In this document: in pieces, positions 43,856 through 55,881 of the stretch
How the letters are laid out: each line of letters opens with the position of its first letter
How positions within the stretch are numbered: the stretch's first letter is position 1
DNA from: Octopus sinensis
Lineage: Eukaryota
Reading direction: 5' to 3'
Length of the DNA stretch: 64,000 bases
NCBI RefSeq assembly: GCF_006345805.1
Contig: NC_043002.1
Coordinates: 31,558,001 to 31,622,000, forward strand
Notes under the pieces: generated by a model
The model's input: the letters and a program-made list of their open reading frames with translations, nothing else
Told to the model about the DNA's origin: nothing
Database searches by the model: none
Position numbers and translations under genes: made by a program

Positions 43856-43891
43856 CTTTTACGTTTCGAGCCTACGCTCTTCAACAGAAAG
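43856..43891 (-). ncRNA. Minimal type I hammerhead-like motif with variant core CUGUUGA
   Basis: CUUU-CUGUUGA-A-GAGC(GUAG)GCUC-GAAA-CG-UA^AAAG, inside a ~180-bp repeat between microsatellites. Confidence 0.65.
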
Positions 43892-45565
43892 GAACACGGG
43901 AAAATAAAGAGATAGAGAATAAAAAAAGCTTTTGTAGCTAGCGGTCAATATGTGTGTGTGTGCGTGCGTGCGTGTGCGCGCGTGTGCGCGCGCGAGCGTG
44001 TACGTGCGCACTGCAGATCCAGTCTCACCACACAATAAAAATATTGGCCTCCAAATAGCCTTTAAAGAAACAGAGGTCCAGCACCAGACTGCATCAGGAC
44101 TTATGCATTAACCTAATGTTAACGAAAATTGTAAAAAGAAAAGAAAAATAGAGACGGTGTATAACTGCGTGTATGTTGGCCATACCCTTTCATGAACATC
44201 AAACATCAACAAAGATCTCCCAAACCTATATAGCGTTGGGAGTACTGCAAACCCGGAAGAGTCAGTTTCGCTACTTAGCTGTATGCCTACCACGCAGTTT
44301 TACTCACAACTCTAGTGATTGTGTGTCTGGGACAGTGAATTGAAGATAAACAAGACATCTTAACCATATTCATATCAGGATCCACCGCCATATCTTAACA
44401 TCCGTTGGCAAAACAATTGAATATCGTTAGATTTTCCCATTTCAAGGAGTGACTGGCGTGCTATATCAGACGCAAGCCCAAAACCGTAGCTCAGACCAGC
44501 TCATGCAACATGGCAAACTGGTGACATATTTTATGAAAAATGCACAGTGGAGAAGCAGAAAAAAACAAATAATAAAAGAGAGAAATATGAATCACGTATA
44601 TATTTGTAAATGATCTCTACATTGTGGTTTGCTCTTGGGCGTTGCTTGCCGCGGACCAACAAATTGACGCAGCGTGATTCACGGGGTTGCCCACTCAGTA
44701 AAAAACACAAAAGATGCTGTCGCTCCTAAGATTACACTTTCATTCTGAAAATGTAGCTAACAGCACTCTAAGCAGCGCACTTTCTAGTGCGTGTCCTACA
44801 AATGGATGTTCAATTCTGCCTGCACAGAACATGCAAGCTGCTCCCGAACCCACAGACTTCACCAGAAATACTAACTAGGCCTGGGTTCCTGTCATCTTCG
44901 ACAAAGAAGAGCAAACATGAGGTACATAGATATAACGTGCATGCAACTACATGTAATCTATTCACATAAAACAGACACCTCTGTAAAGCTTTATGCAAAC
45001 ACACACACGCACACACACCTACGCACACAGACCCTCACACACACACACACACACATATATATATGTAGGTATGTATAAAAACCTGTATAAATATAAATAT
45101 ATGGTATGTATGTGTGTGTTTGTGTGTATAATATCAACTTCTACATGCATACTTTATTCTAAATAAACATAGAAAGCAGTAAAGATAAACACAACAAATA
45201 TAAGGTTAATTAAATAAATAAAAGCATTCTAAGATAAAATATGATAAAGTTATAAGACGAAACACGAAACGTTTCTTATTTCGAAAATGGAATCGGATTA
45301 TTTTACAAACCGTTTGACTTCTTCACCCTCACTAGTATCTATCATCGTTTCTATACGTCTACCCCATATGTCATCTACTTTTATAATGTATATGCTACAC
45401 TAGTATACACATAGAATTATAAATACCGAGTGTATAGCATATAGCTAGATATAGGGTATACATAAGTATGTATATGTATCGCCGATTATGTATATATACA
45501 TATATTCATCTGTGTGCATTGTTAGATATACCGAAAAAAATTCGCACTAATGTACCATTATACAT

Positions 45566-45639
<74 letters not shown>

Positions 45640-46742
45640 GTATGTATGTGTATGTATGCCTGTATATATGTACGTAAGCATGCATGTATATATCTCTGTA
45701 CGTACGTATGTATGTCTATATGTATAAGAGTATCTAATTAAACGTTTCTTGAGTGATATACCAAGTGTGCCCTTTTCTATGTTTGTCTTGAGATAAATCA
45801 ACTATTCTTACACAAACACGCAAAAATATACATGCGTGCAAATACACACACACGCGCGCACACACACACACATACCCACGAACGCACATCTAATCACAAC
45901 TTACACACATTGACATTTCCGTATCATCGGTGGCAAGAATGTGGAAATTGTTTATCTATAACCAATTCTGAATCTCCTAAATGTTGTACACATATATACA
46001 CACACACGATATACTCCTTACTCACAGGAAGGAACACTTACACATACATAGTATTAAACATATAGAAGTAGGAAAAGAGACACTTTCAGACAGAAACGTA
46101 GCCATACACACAGATACACAACCATACGTACACTCCTATTGGCTAATGCAAACGGACCCATACTCTGTAGGAATACAGTTGTACTCTTATATAGGATTTC
46201 AGTTTAAAAAACATAAATATAAGAACCAATATTGCTATATGTTTGTATGTGATTGCATGTGTATATATGAATATATGTATATACAAACACACACATGCAC
46301 ACACACTCACGCAAACAGAATGTATATAGATATATTTATACATAACAAACTTGTTACCAGTTATGCTTCAGGTATATTTGAACACGTAAGACAGCCATTC
46401 GCTGTATTTTCTTTTGTCACAGAGAATGTCTTTGGCTGTACACACGTAGGTATAAAACACGAACACAATTCACAGCACCTCGTCATCAGAGTGGAGCATA
46501 AATGCATTTTAAAATGTTTCTCTCTCCTCGGCACAAGAGACCGGGAAGTAAATAGAGTAAATAGTTTTCTTACGGGTTCAAATATGCCTCAATCATGTTT
46601 AAACTAGGATCAAGTTCATATATATAAACTAGGAGCAAGTTCATTTCATATATATATATATATATATATAATATATATATATATATTATATATGAAATGA
46701 AAGCACGAAGCAGTTATGGGTATATATATATATGTGTGTGTA

Positions 46743-46773
<31 letters not shown>

Positions 46774-47442
46774 CTGTGTATATGTGTGTGTGCGTGTGTA
46801 TGTGTATTTGTAGTGTGTCACTGCGAATCCGTTTCCGTATCTCTTGCTTTGTGTTTGACTGTGTGTACGTGAATATACAACACAAAAAGAAATGCATATA
46901 AATGTCTATTTATATACTGATACACAAGCATACGTAACATGTAGATATACACATGAACACCATGAAATAGAAAATTATTTGCAAATATAAAGTTAAATGA
47001 CTGCAACATAAGAATTACATCTGGCAACAGTTCTGAGTCGATAATTCCTGGAATTCTCTGTTTTCGGTTTTAGCTTCAGCTTGAAGAAATAGTGAACAGT
47101 AATCATCCGGATAGTCTTCTTATATCTTTATTACAGATGCTTGAGCTCAAGCTCCAGTTTTTTAAAACTTTTTATCGGTGTATGTGTTATAGTGTACATA
47201 TATGTAATTACGTGACAGGGAAAATGCTGTTTGTATCTTTCTTTAAAAGTGTTTGCCGTAATGTGCCTCTGCAGACTACTGCATCTGTCTTTGTGAGTAA
47301 ACCATTTGCGTATAACAGAATTGAATTTTGCCATACACGGACAAACACACAGATTCGCACATGCACATAGATACAGATTCACTGACAGGCAGAATATCGT
47401 AGTTACAAATTAACGAAAGAGAGCACTCAACCTGCATACACA

Positions 47443-47519
<77 letters not shown>

Positions 47520-47646
47520 ATACACATCGTTATGCACGACTGGTCTCTGGATTTCTAGTAGCTTTATGAAAATATACGCACATATACTTCTACATATATA
47601 CACTTGCACACACAAACATAAAGACATAAATGCGCACGCACACGCG

Positions 47647-47700
<54 letters not shown>

Positions 47701-47787
47701 ATATTATACACACACACTGATTTGTACATATGTATATTTATTTGTATAATAAACATTACTCGTTCCCCTTATATGTTACATTTATAT

Positions 47788-47831
<44 letters not shown>

Positions 47832-47980
47832 CGCGTGTGAGTGCGTTAGTGTTTGTGTGTGTATACGTGTGTGTAAGTATATATGTATTTAAGGATAAAG
47901 CTGACGATATGTGTTAATATATAAAAAGTGGGGTACAGGAAGAAAGAAGGTCGATATACCGAAACAATTTATAACATATA

Positions 47981-49266
47981 CAGTAGTGGCCATAATATAA
48001 AGATCAGTAAAAACAATAGTATTGAAATATTTATAGATTACAAAAAGATGAGACTAGATATTTTATACATATTTAGGTATCCCTAATATCTATCTTTCGT
48101 GAAAATTTCATAATAAATATTCCGTAAGTAATGAGGAAATAAACAAATAATTTTCCTAACTAACGGCCAAAAGTGAAGGGTCACTTAGAGAAACAATGTA
48201 AAATGGAAGAACAAAGAAGAAACCCTTACTATTAACATTTTGTGAACATCAATTTATTATCAATGACCTCCTGACACTTGTTATCACAGGACTAATTTAA
48301 TTTCTTGCAAAATGATGGAGTAATGTTGCTCCATTCGTTTTTCAATAATTCCCAGAGTTCATCATGGTTCTTTGGATTTCTCCTTCCACCCCATCACCAA
48401 TCATCTTCCGAACGTTTTCTATACGGTTGAAATTAGGACTTTGAGGAGGCCAGTCCATGAGATCAACCCCTTCATCACTCAAAAAGTCTTTGACTCTCTT
48501 CGTAGTGTGACAAGGTGCGTTGTCCTGCACGAAGATAGGAGGTTGAACTGACGAGGATCGGAAATGTGGAAGGGCATGTTAAGCATCTGTTCTTAGATTT
48601 CAGCCATTGACAGTCCCTTGTAGGCGAATAAGTGGAGCAGGACCAGCAGCAGAGATCACTCCCCATACCATTACACTGCTTCCTCCATATTTCACCGTCT
48701 TCTTCACACATGCACGAGATAACCTTTTGACACTTCGTCGGATGTACATCCCGCCATCGGAACCAATCACATTAAACTTCGATTCATCGCTAAAATGAAC
48801 CTACGACTACTGTTCTTCTGCCCAAACGAGGTGTTCGTATGTAAAACGAAGAGGGCTCTTTGATTCTTCTTGAAGATCAGAGGTTTCTTTGCTAGTGCTT
48901 GAGCAGGCAACCCAGGACCTCGTAACATCCGTGAAACTGTTTTACGTGATATGTTGACGTCGGAAGTGGAGCTAAACTCACGGGATAACTCAGCAGCAAT
49001 CTTAAACCTATCCTTCAGTGACATTCTAACCATAATAAGATCCTGTCTTAAGGAACTTTTACGAGGTCTACGGGTTTTGGGTTTAGCATCTGTCAATCCT
49101 GATGACTTAAAACAAGCTACAATTCGTCGCACAATACTTCTAGACATTCCTTGAGTAGCAGCTATCACAGAATTTAATTTTCTCTCTTGGTGAAGGCACA
49201 CAAGCCTTAGTTTTTCGTCACACGACACCGGTCGTCTCTCATAAGCCGTCATGTTGACAGTTGAAT
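47981..49266 (-). mobile_element. Tc1-like (DD34E-type) transposon: degenerate transposase, 3' end present, 5' end missing
   Basis: HTH ORF 48767-49252, FSDESKFNVIGSDG, KKTVKYGGSSVMVWG, QDNAPCH, WPPQSPNFNRIEN. Terminus is TA+CAGT at 47979-47984. Confidence 0.9.
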
Positions 49267-50130
49267 GTTCCAGAATAAAACAGTCCTGTCACGGTGTATC
49301 CCTTTTCAAAGTAATCGATCAGCATTACACCTTGAGAATCCCAAAAGACTGACGCCATGATCTTGTCAGCTGAAGGAATGAGGTTGGCCTTCTTTGGGGT
49401 AGGAAAAGATATGAGCTTCTACTGCTTTGATTGTTCTTTGGTTTCAGGCTGGAAGTGATGAACCCAACTTTCATCCATAGTAATAAAACGAGCAAGAAAA
49501 TCGCTTCATCGGCTTCAAACAGTTCCAGATTTCCCGTGGACAAATTGGACCTGGTACGTTTCTGTTCAGGGGTCAAAAGGCGAGAGACCCACCTTGCAAA
49601 AACCTTTGAGAACACAAGTTCTTTTGCCACAATGTAGTCCACTCTTTCATTTGAGATGCCCAGCCTCTCAGCTATCTGACAACATGATATTCAACGATCT
49701 TGCATTGACCTTGCTGTTGGTACTATAAGGTCATACCAAGTGCAAGGTCAATGTTGTCCTCGATGTTTGCATTTGGAGTTCTCTCTGGTCTGGGATCATC
49801 TTCCACATTCTCCCTGCTACGCTGGAATTTATTTACCCAGCGTTTGACTGTTGCATGTAAAAGTGGATCGTCTGTTAAGTTTCTCAACATATCTTCATGG
49901 ATTTCTGATGGAGTCATGACTTTATGACAGCACGATATTCAGTTTTCTCCATTTTCCTTGTAACTCGACACTTGTTTATTCAAAAATCTGCAGCAAAAAA
50001 ATTTAAATATCACAATCATGAAAATGAGTAAGAATACTCCGAAAAGACTGTACTTACCAGAAGAAATTGTTTCAGCTACCTAGCAGCCCCGTTTCTAGGT
50101 TAGGCTCAAAACTTTTCATACACACCTCGT
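49267..50130 (-). mobile_element. 5' half of a mariner transposon
   Basis: TIR-like acgaggtgtgtatgaaaagttttgagcc. Motifs TPSEIHEDM...VKRWVNKF...VEDDPR, RWVSRLLTPEQK, MDESWVHHF, IMASVFWDSQG, TVTG. Confidence 0.88.
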
Positions 50131-50342
50131 TTATGTATATATATATGGATTATACACACATGTATATATATGTATATATACATGTATATACATGTATGTA
50201 TATGCGTTAAGTGGAGCTGTGACGATTAATAATTCTGTAAATAAAATGCTTAGCGCTTATAAGCGATCACCATGTATATACCTATAATGTGGACTTATAT
50301 AAATATATATGTATGCATGTACATACATATACGTGTATGTAA

Positions 50343-50409
<67 letters not shown>

Positions 50410-50476
50410 ATATACAGAGAGAGAGAGAGAGAGAGTGACAGAGATCAAAAGACCGGTACTCATATATATACATGTG

Positions 50477-50569
<93 letters not shown>

Positions 50570-51159
50570 CTATGGGGGGTATGAGTCAGCATACGAACAT
50601 AATTTACGTAAACATGTTCGTGTGCATGCGTGTTTGTGCGTGAGAGAGGCACAGAGATAATGACAGAGAGAGAGAGAGATTGAAAGAGAACGAGGAAGAT
50701 AATGAGAAAGACTATACCTACCTGTATAATATTTTGCTTTTTACTTTTAATTGTATCGCAGTAAATTATATAAGCTCCTACACCTGTCTGTGTTCGTATA
50801 CGTGCGTGTTTTTTTGCGTTTTGGCGTGTGTTTTTGTACGTATATGTGTGTGTAGTGTTGTTAGCGCTTCTATAAATATGGTTGTATATTTGTGTTTATG
50901 TTGTTTCCTTGCTTGTACAGGTGGCAGGCATATCTGTTTACGTATTAGCGGAAGTGGCCCCGCACTGAAAACAGCCCCATAAAACTGAGACCCCTATTGT
51001 CAGGGTAATAACATAGCTCGCCTCATTAGTACAGCAGTGAGATATGAATTACGACATCACCAGCTATGTCATGTACCCTTAGGCTTTCCTGAAATATACC
51101 TTTATTTCTTTCAATAAATTCGGAATAAACACATACTCACGTCCATCTCATTGCAATTT

Positions 51160-51321
51160 CTTGTCTTCCTCTTCTTCTACTTCTTCTTCTTCTCCTCTTC
51201 TTCTTCTTCTACTTCTTCTTCTTCTTCTTCTCTTCTTCTTCTTCTTCTTCTTATTCTTTCTTCTTCTTCTCTTCTTCTTCTTCTTCTTCTTCTTCTTCTT
51301 CTTCTTCTTCTCTTCTTCTTC

Positions 51322-51353
<32 letters not shown>

Positions 51354-51373
51354 AAATTATTATTATTATTATT
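51160..51373. repeat. (CTT)n followed by (ATT)n microsatellite
   Basis: Direct reading of the sequence. Confidence 0.95.
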
Positions 51374-51928
51374 GAGTGAGAGAGCAATGCATGCCATCAA
51401 AGTGAAACTGGGGTAAAAATACGAAGCCCAATATACCCATCATGATTAGCCATCTGATAAGGGTACACCAGGCACATGCATCACAACCATATGTGCGCGA
51501 CATGGTGATCTCATATCAAGATAAACAGCACATGACCTTGTAGGTGGGGCGCAGTTAGAATTTTCTTCAGGTTGAATAGCCCATCCCGCTGAAAAGGTCC
51601 CTGAATAAGGGTTGTTTAAGGATGTTGAAAGAACCACCCATGTTTCCAGAGGTGAATTATTCAAACCCCAAAGAATCCCTCTCAACACATGGCTATGATG
51701 CTCCCCCACTACTTCTGCTCGTGATCAGAGATGCACATATCTTCAGCCACTAAGGGACATGCTCAACTGGTTAAGGTCAAACAACTGACAAGCAAATCTG
51801 TGGTATTGAGCAGAATATTTGCTGTAGCCCATCTTTTATACTAAGACAAACCAACGTACATGATAACACTTCCAATTAGTTAAGATCAGAAGCCATGAGA
51901 GCCACTGCCTGGTATTGCATCAGGGCAT
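51374..51928. mobile_element. Non-coding ~555-bp complex segment embedded in (ATT)n; probable non-autonomous retroelement
   Basis: Sharp boundaries against the same (ATT)n repeat on both sides. No TIR or recognisable ORF. Confidence 0.5.
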
Positions 51929-52006
51929 TTATTATTATTATTATTATATTATTATTATTATTATTATTATTATATTATTATTATTATTATTATTATTATA
52001 ATACAA

Positions 52007-52225
52007 GGCGGCGAGTTGGTTTAAGGTTGTGAACTGGCACAGTCGGAAGCATGCCAGGCGAAATGCTTAACGTTATTTCGTCTGCTGCTAAGTTTTGAGT
52101 TCAAATTCCACCGGGGTCGACTTTGTCTTTCATCTTTTCAGAGTCGATTAAATAAGTACCAGTTGTGTACTGGAGTCGTTGTAATCCAATATTCTCATCC
52201 AAACAAGGCCTGGTACCTATAGTAG
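52007..52225 (+). mobile_element. SINE family A
   Basis: gagttcaaattccaccggggtcgactttgtctttcatc...aataagtaccag. Confidence 0.8.
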
Positions 52226-52495
52226 AAAGTATTACTATTTATTTTTTCTCTTTTTCTACTGTCTTTATTTTCGCCAGCTATAAAATTGAAACTTCAAGAC
52301 TGATGATGTCATTCCATCAGTGTGTGGACACTAGTTGTTCTCGTTCATATTTTAGATATGAATTTCAATAATTTTGAATTTTTATCACTTTTCATTTTGA
52401 ACTTGCCAAAGAGGGGATTGCTGTCGAAATATCGTTCAAGTAAAATATCTATTGTACTCGTATCGCGCTCATCTTCTTGTCTGTTATTGTTATTA

Positions 52496-52601
<106 letters not shown>

Positions 52602-52616
52602 CAGCAGCAGCAGCAG

Positions 52617-52790
52617 GGATCTCTGGAAGTTGTCCTTGGGCCCTGGCCCGAAAGTCGTCCTGAACAAGCGGGTCAGGTATTCCTCGTCGACGTCCAGGTT
52701 CGCCCCGAGCTCGTCGTCGTACCTTCCCTCCACTAATCCCCTATAGAATGCTTTGGTTGTGTTGAAGTCACTCAAGGTCAAGGATGCAGC
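52617..52790 (-). pseudogene. Probable L1/Tx1-clade LINE ORF2 fragment
   Basis: GC-rich coding-like island reading TLSDFNTTKAFYRGLVEGRYDDELG...LTRLFRTTFGPGPKDNFQRSL, running into a microsatellite. Clade assignment is from recall, not a search. Confidence 0.5.
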
Positions 52791-53202
52791 TATGACTGCC
52801 TTATGTAGAAACCTGCATAACTAGGTTGGATATACCGCACTTTCAGGGCCGTTGTAAGATATAGAAAGTTAGTGAAAAGTGATTTATTGATACATGCAAC
52901 TATTAATCTTGTAAAAGGAATCTTTAAGCATGTATATAATTCGAAAAGATTAATTGAACTAGTTAATTATAACTTAGATGTACACAATGATATATTAAGT
53001 AAGTTTGGAAACATTTCGAGCTGCAAACTGGAAGTTTAAGCCTAATACTGATTGTTGCCAATTGTAGTAGTGTATCGAATTGAATTGGTTCATGGTATGC
53101 CACATACAGGATTCAAAGGGATGCAAGCTAGAGATGTTATAAATGAAAAGACAAAACAGCACAATACTGATTTATATCACACGTAAAGTATTTTTTAGCA
53201 AA

Positions 53203-53599
53203 TCTTTATATATAAAAGTAAGGTTGTGTGCTGTCTGTCTCCTACGATTTAGATTCCTAACAACTCCCACATTTTGCGGTGCAGTTTAACAAAAAGCGGG
53301 TATCTTATAGTCGTGATTCATATCGAGCCCTTCTGGGTATTAGCGCGCGTGTACGATGAGTCTACGATTTAAAAAAAAATTATCATCAATTTTTCCCATT
53401 TTTAATGCATTTTTGGCATATATAAGGGAAGCAACTCTCTACAAATTTATTATTAAATCTCAGAACATAAAAAGCTACAGTTACACCCCCCTCCCTTGTG
53501 GTTAGCCATATTGAGATGGCTATTATACTTTACATCTCTAAAAATGCTTATATAGTTATTTCCCTTACAAACCCGAGTAACGCCGGGCGATACTGCTAG
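53203..53599 (+). mobile_element. Non-autonomous Helitron-like element
   Basis: 5' TC after A. 3' GC-rich hairpin cccg-agtaacgc-cggg (53572-53587) lies 8 nt before a terminal CTAG followed by T. Confidence 0.7.
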
Positions 53600-54485
53600 T
53601 AATAAATAAAACGTTTTTGGATTTGGTTTGCAAGATTCTTCATGTCAGTTCGTGTGTTGAAGCATATTTTGTTGTGTCTGGGGAGAGTCATTCTCTTTTA
53701 GTGCCTTATTATTTAATACACTCACCGATAAACTTTCCACTCATTTACTTATTTATTTTTCTACAATTTTCGTTGCATCTTGCAACATTTTCAATAGTCG
53801 TTAATTCTGTCCGTTATCCGAGCTGCATTCTTTTTTTTTGTTAGTTCGCATGTATGTGGGTCAGTGTGCATGTGCGGATACACATATGTATGCATGTATG
53901 TATGTATGTATGTATGTATGTATGTATGTATGTATGTATGTATGTATGTATGTATGTATGCATGTATGCATGCATGCTTGCATGTAAGTGTGTGTATGCA
54001 TGTATGTGTGTGTGTGCTCGCGTATTTATACATGTATGTGTGTACGTTTCTATGTGGGTTTTCTGCGTATTCATGTGTTTGTGTGTATTTATCTGTGTGT
54101 TTGCATGTGTGTGTGTGTACCTCTTTCTTCTTGTGTATGCATGTCTGTGTTTCTCTTTATGGGTTTTTGTGACTATGTACAGTGTGTCTGTATGGATGGA
54201 TGTCTCTATATGTGCCCTTGTGTGAAGTGTGGTGTATATGGTCACGTGTTTCAGTTTTCATTTCTGTATGTGTATGTGCTTGTCTGTTCATATTACCTAT
54301 GTACCTATCCGTCTGTATGTCTATCTGTTTACATTCATATCCATTTACCTACATACATATACACATACGTATAAGTAAAATATGCATATACACACACCCA
54401 CATACACACATACATATACATAACAGCCCACTAACTCTTCTAGCTGTACCTAAACCAAACTGTGGGTATGGAGGCATGGTATGTA

Positions 54486-54990
54486 CTACGCATATTTCTT
54501 ATTTAGTACTGGGGATATTTCATTTATGAGGATGTACTCCTGTATTGGGTCTGAGTATTGGGTCCTTTGGGTGCTTGGATAAAATGCGGATGTCAAATTA
54601 AATCGGGTTGCCTCCATATTCGTCCTTGGCATGTTGGTAGAATATGTAAGACTCTTTTTTGTCGTCATATTTTCGCAAATGTTCAATCAGTCTTTCCGCA
54701 ATGCTCGTCGATGTCTCCCGTATGTATGTCATGTTCATGTCTTTACAAGCAACTTCTATGCACATTATGCTGTAGACTACATTTCTAGTTCTACAGTTAA
54801 TGCCAGGGTTTAACCTACATACCATGCAGTCATCATTGATGCATGTGGTATTCTCAAAGGGATACGTCCTACATAGTTGTGATCTGATGGAATTCCCTAG
54901 CTTTTCAACGATCTTAATGTTGAGTTCGGTCTAATTCAGAGCTTTCCTAAACCTACGAGCTAGTTCTTCATAGGTGGTGGCCTCTGAAAA
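54486..54990 (-). pseudogene. PLE linker and GIY-YIG endonuclease remnant
   Basis: IKIVEKLG...RTYPFE..C...CMVC...NCRTRNVVYSIMC...C...YIRET...ERLIEH, then C-terminal I.EISPVLNKK. Confidence 0.85.
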
Positions 54991-55318
54991 AAATTTCATT
55001 CCTTACTAATGATCAGCCAAAGGACCACTGATGAGTTCACAAACGTGTGATGAAAGAACTCTAGCCGAAATGCGATTAATATTCAATATAGCTGAAGCAA
55101 ATGAATACCAAATATATACTGCGTGTTTTCATTGGCTAAACTGGTAACATGACCATCCCCAAATAGAAGAATATATTTTTCAACACACGAATTCACATCA
55201 AAAGTCTTGCAGAACGAATATATATATATATATGTAGGTCCCGGATTGAATCGGGGTTAACCACAGTAAATAAGGTACTCAATACATAGCAGAGTAAAGT
55301 AATTTATTTAATAGAAGG

Positions 55319-55369
55319 AGCTTCTACAGGACTAGAACTGTTTCATTCAGATGAAATCTTCAGGAAGCT
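55319..55369 (-). ncRNA. Type I hammerhead ribozyme motif
   Basis: AGCUUC-CUGAAGA-U-UUC(AUCU)GAA-U-GAAA-CAG(UUCUAGUC)CUG-UA^GAAGCU: 6-bp stem I, 4-bp stem III. Confidence 0.8.
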
Positions 55370-55834
55370 GGCTGTCAAAATAAGTTCTGGTAATTATGCA
55401 TTTAGGCAGATTTAATGGAGTGGTGGTGGGGGACGTTTTTTGGGTAGGTTGGTATTTAGGAGATAAACAGGGGACAAGCTATTGTTCTTAGGGGAGTGGT
55501 CAAAAGGCCAGAGTGTTTTTTGAAATTAGAAGAATTAGTGAGAAAATAAATAAATGAATAAATAGAATAAATGAATAGAAACTGATATATGAGATGAGAT
55601 TTTTGGTAAATTAGAAGACAATTGCTTTTTGGTGGTCAAGAAGAGGTAGGCAGTTTGTTATTGTTAGGTGGAGGGAATAAATAGATAAATATACATGAAA
55701 AACCTATAAAATAAATATACATACAAACACACATACATACACATGCGAAAATACATATGTATACATACATACGCACATATATATACATACATACATACAC
55801 ATACATACATTTATATATATGTATATATATATAT

Positions 55835-55877
<43 letters not shown>

Positions 55878-55881
<4 letters not shown>

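Noticed and set aside
45981-46607. 208-aa ORF
   Set aside because: Composed partly of CA/TA repeats, with no recognisable domain.
55021-55075. CUGAUGA followed by two GAAA motifs on the plus strand
   Set aside because: No stem I closes around either candidate cleavage site. At best it is a decayed hammerhead.
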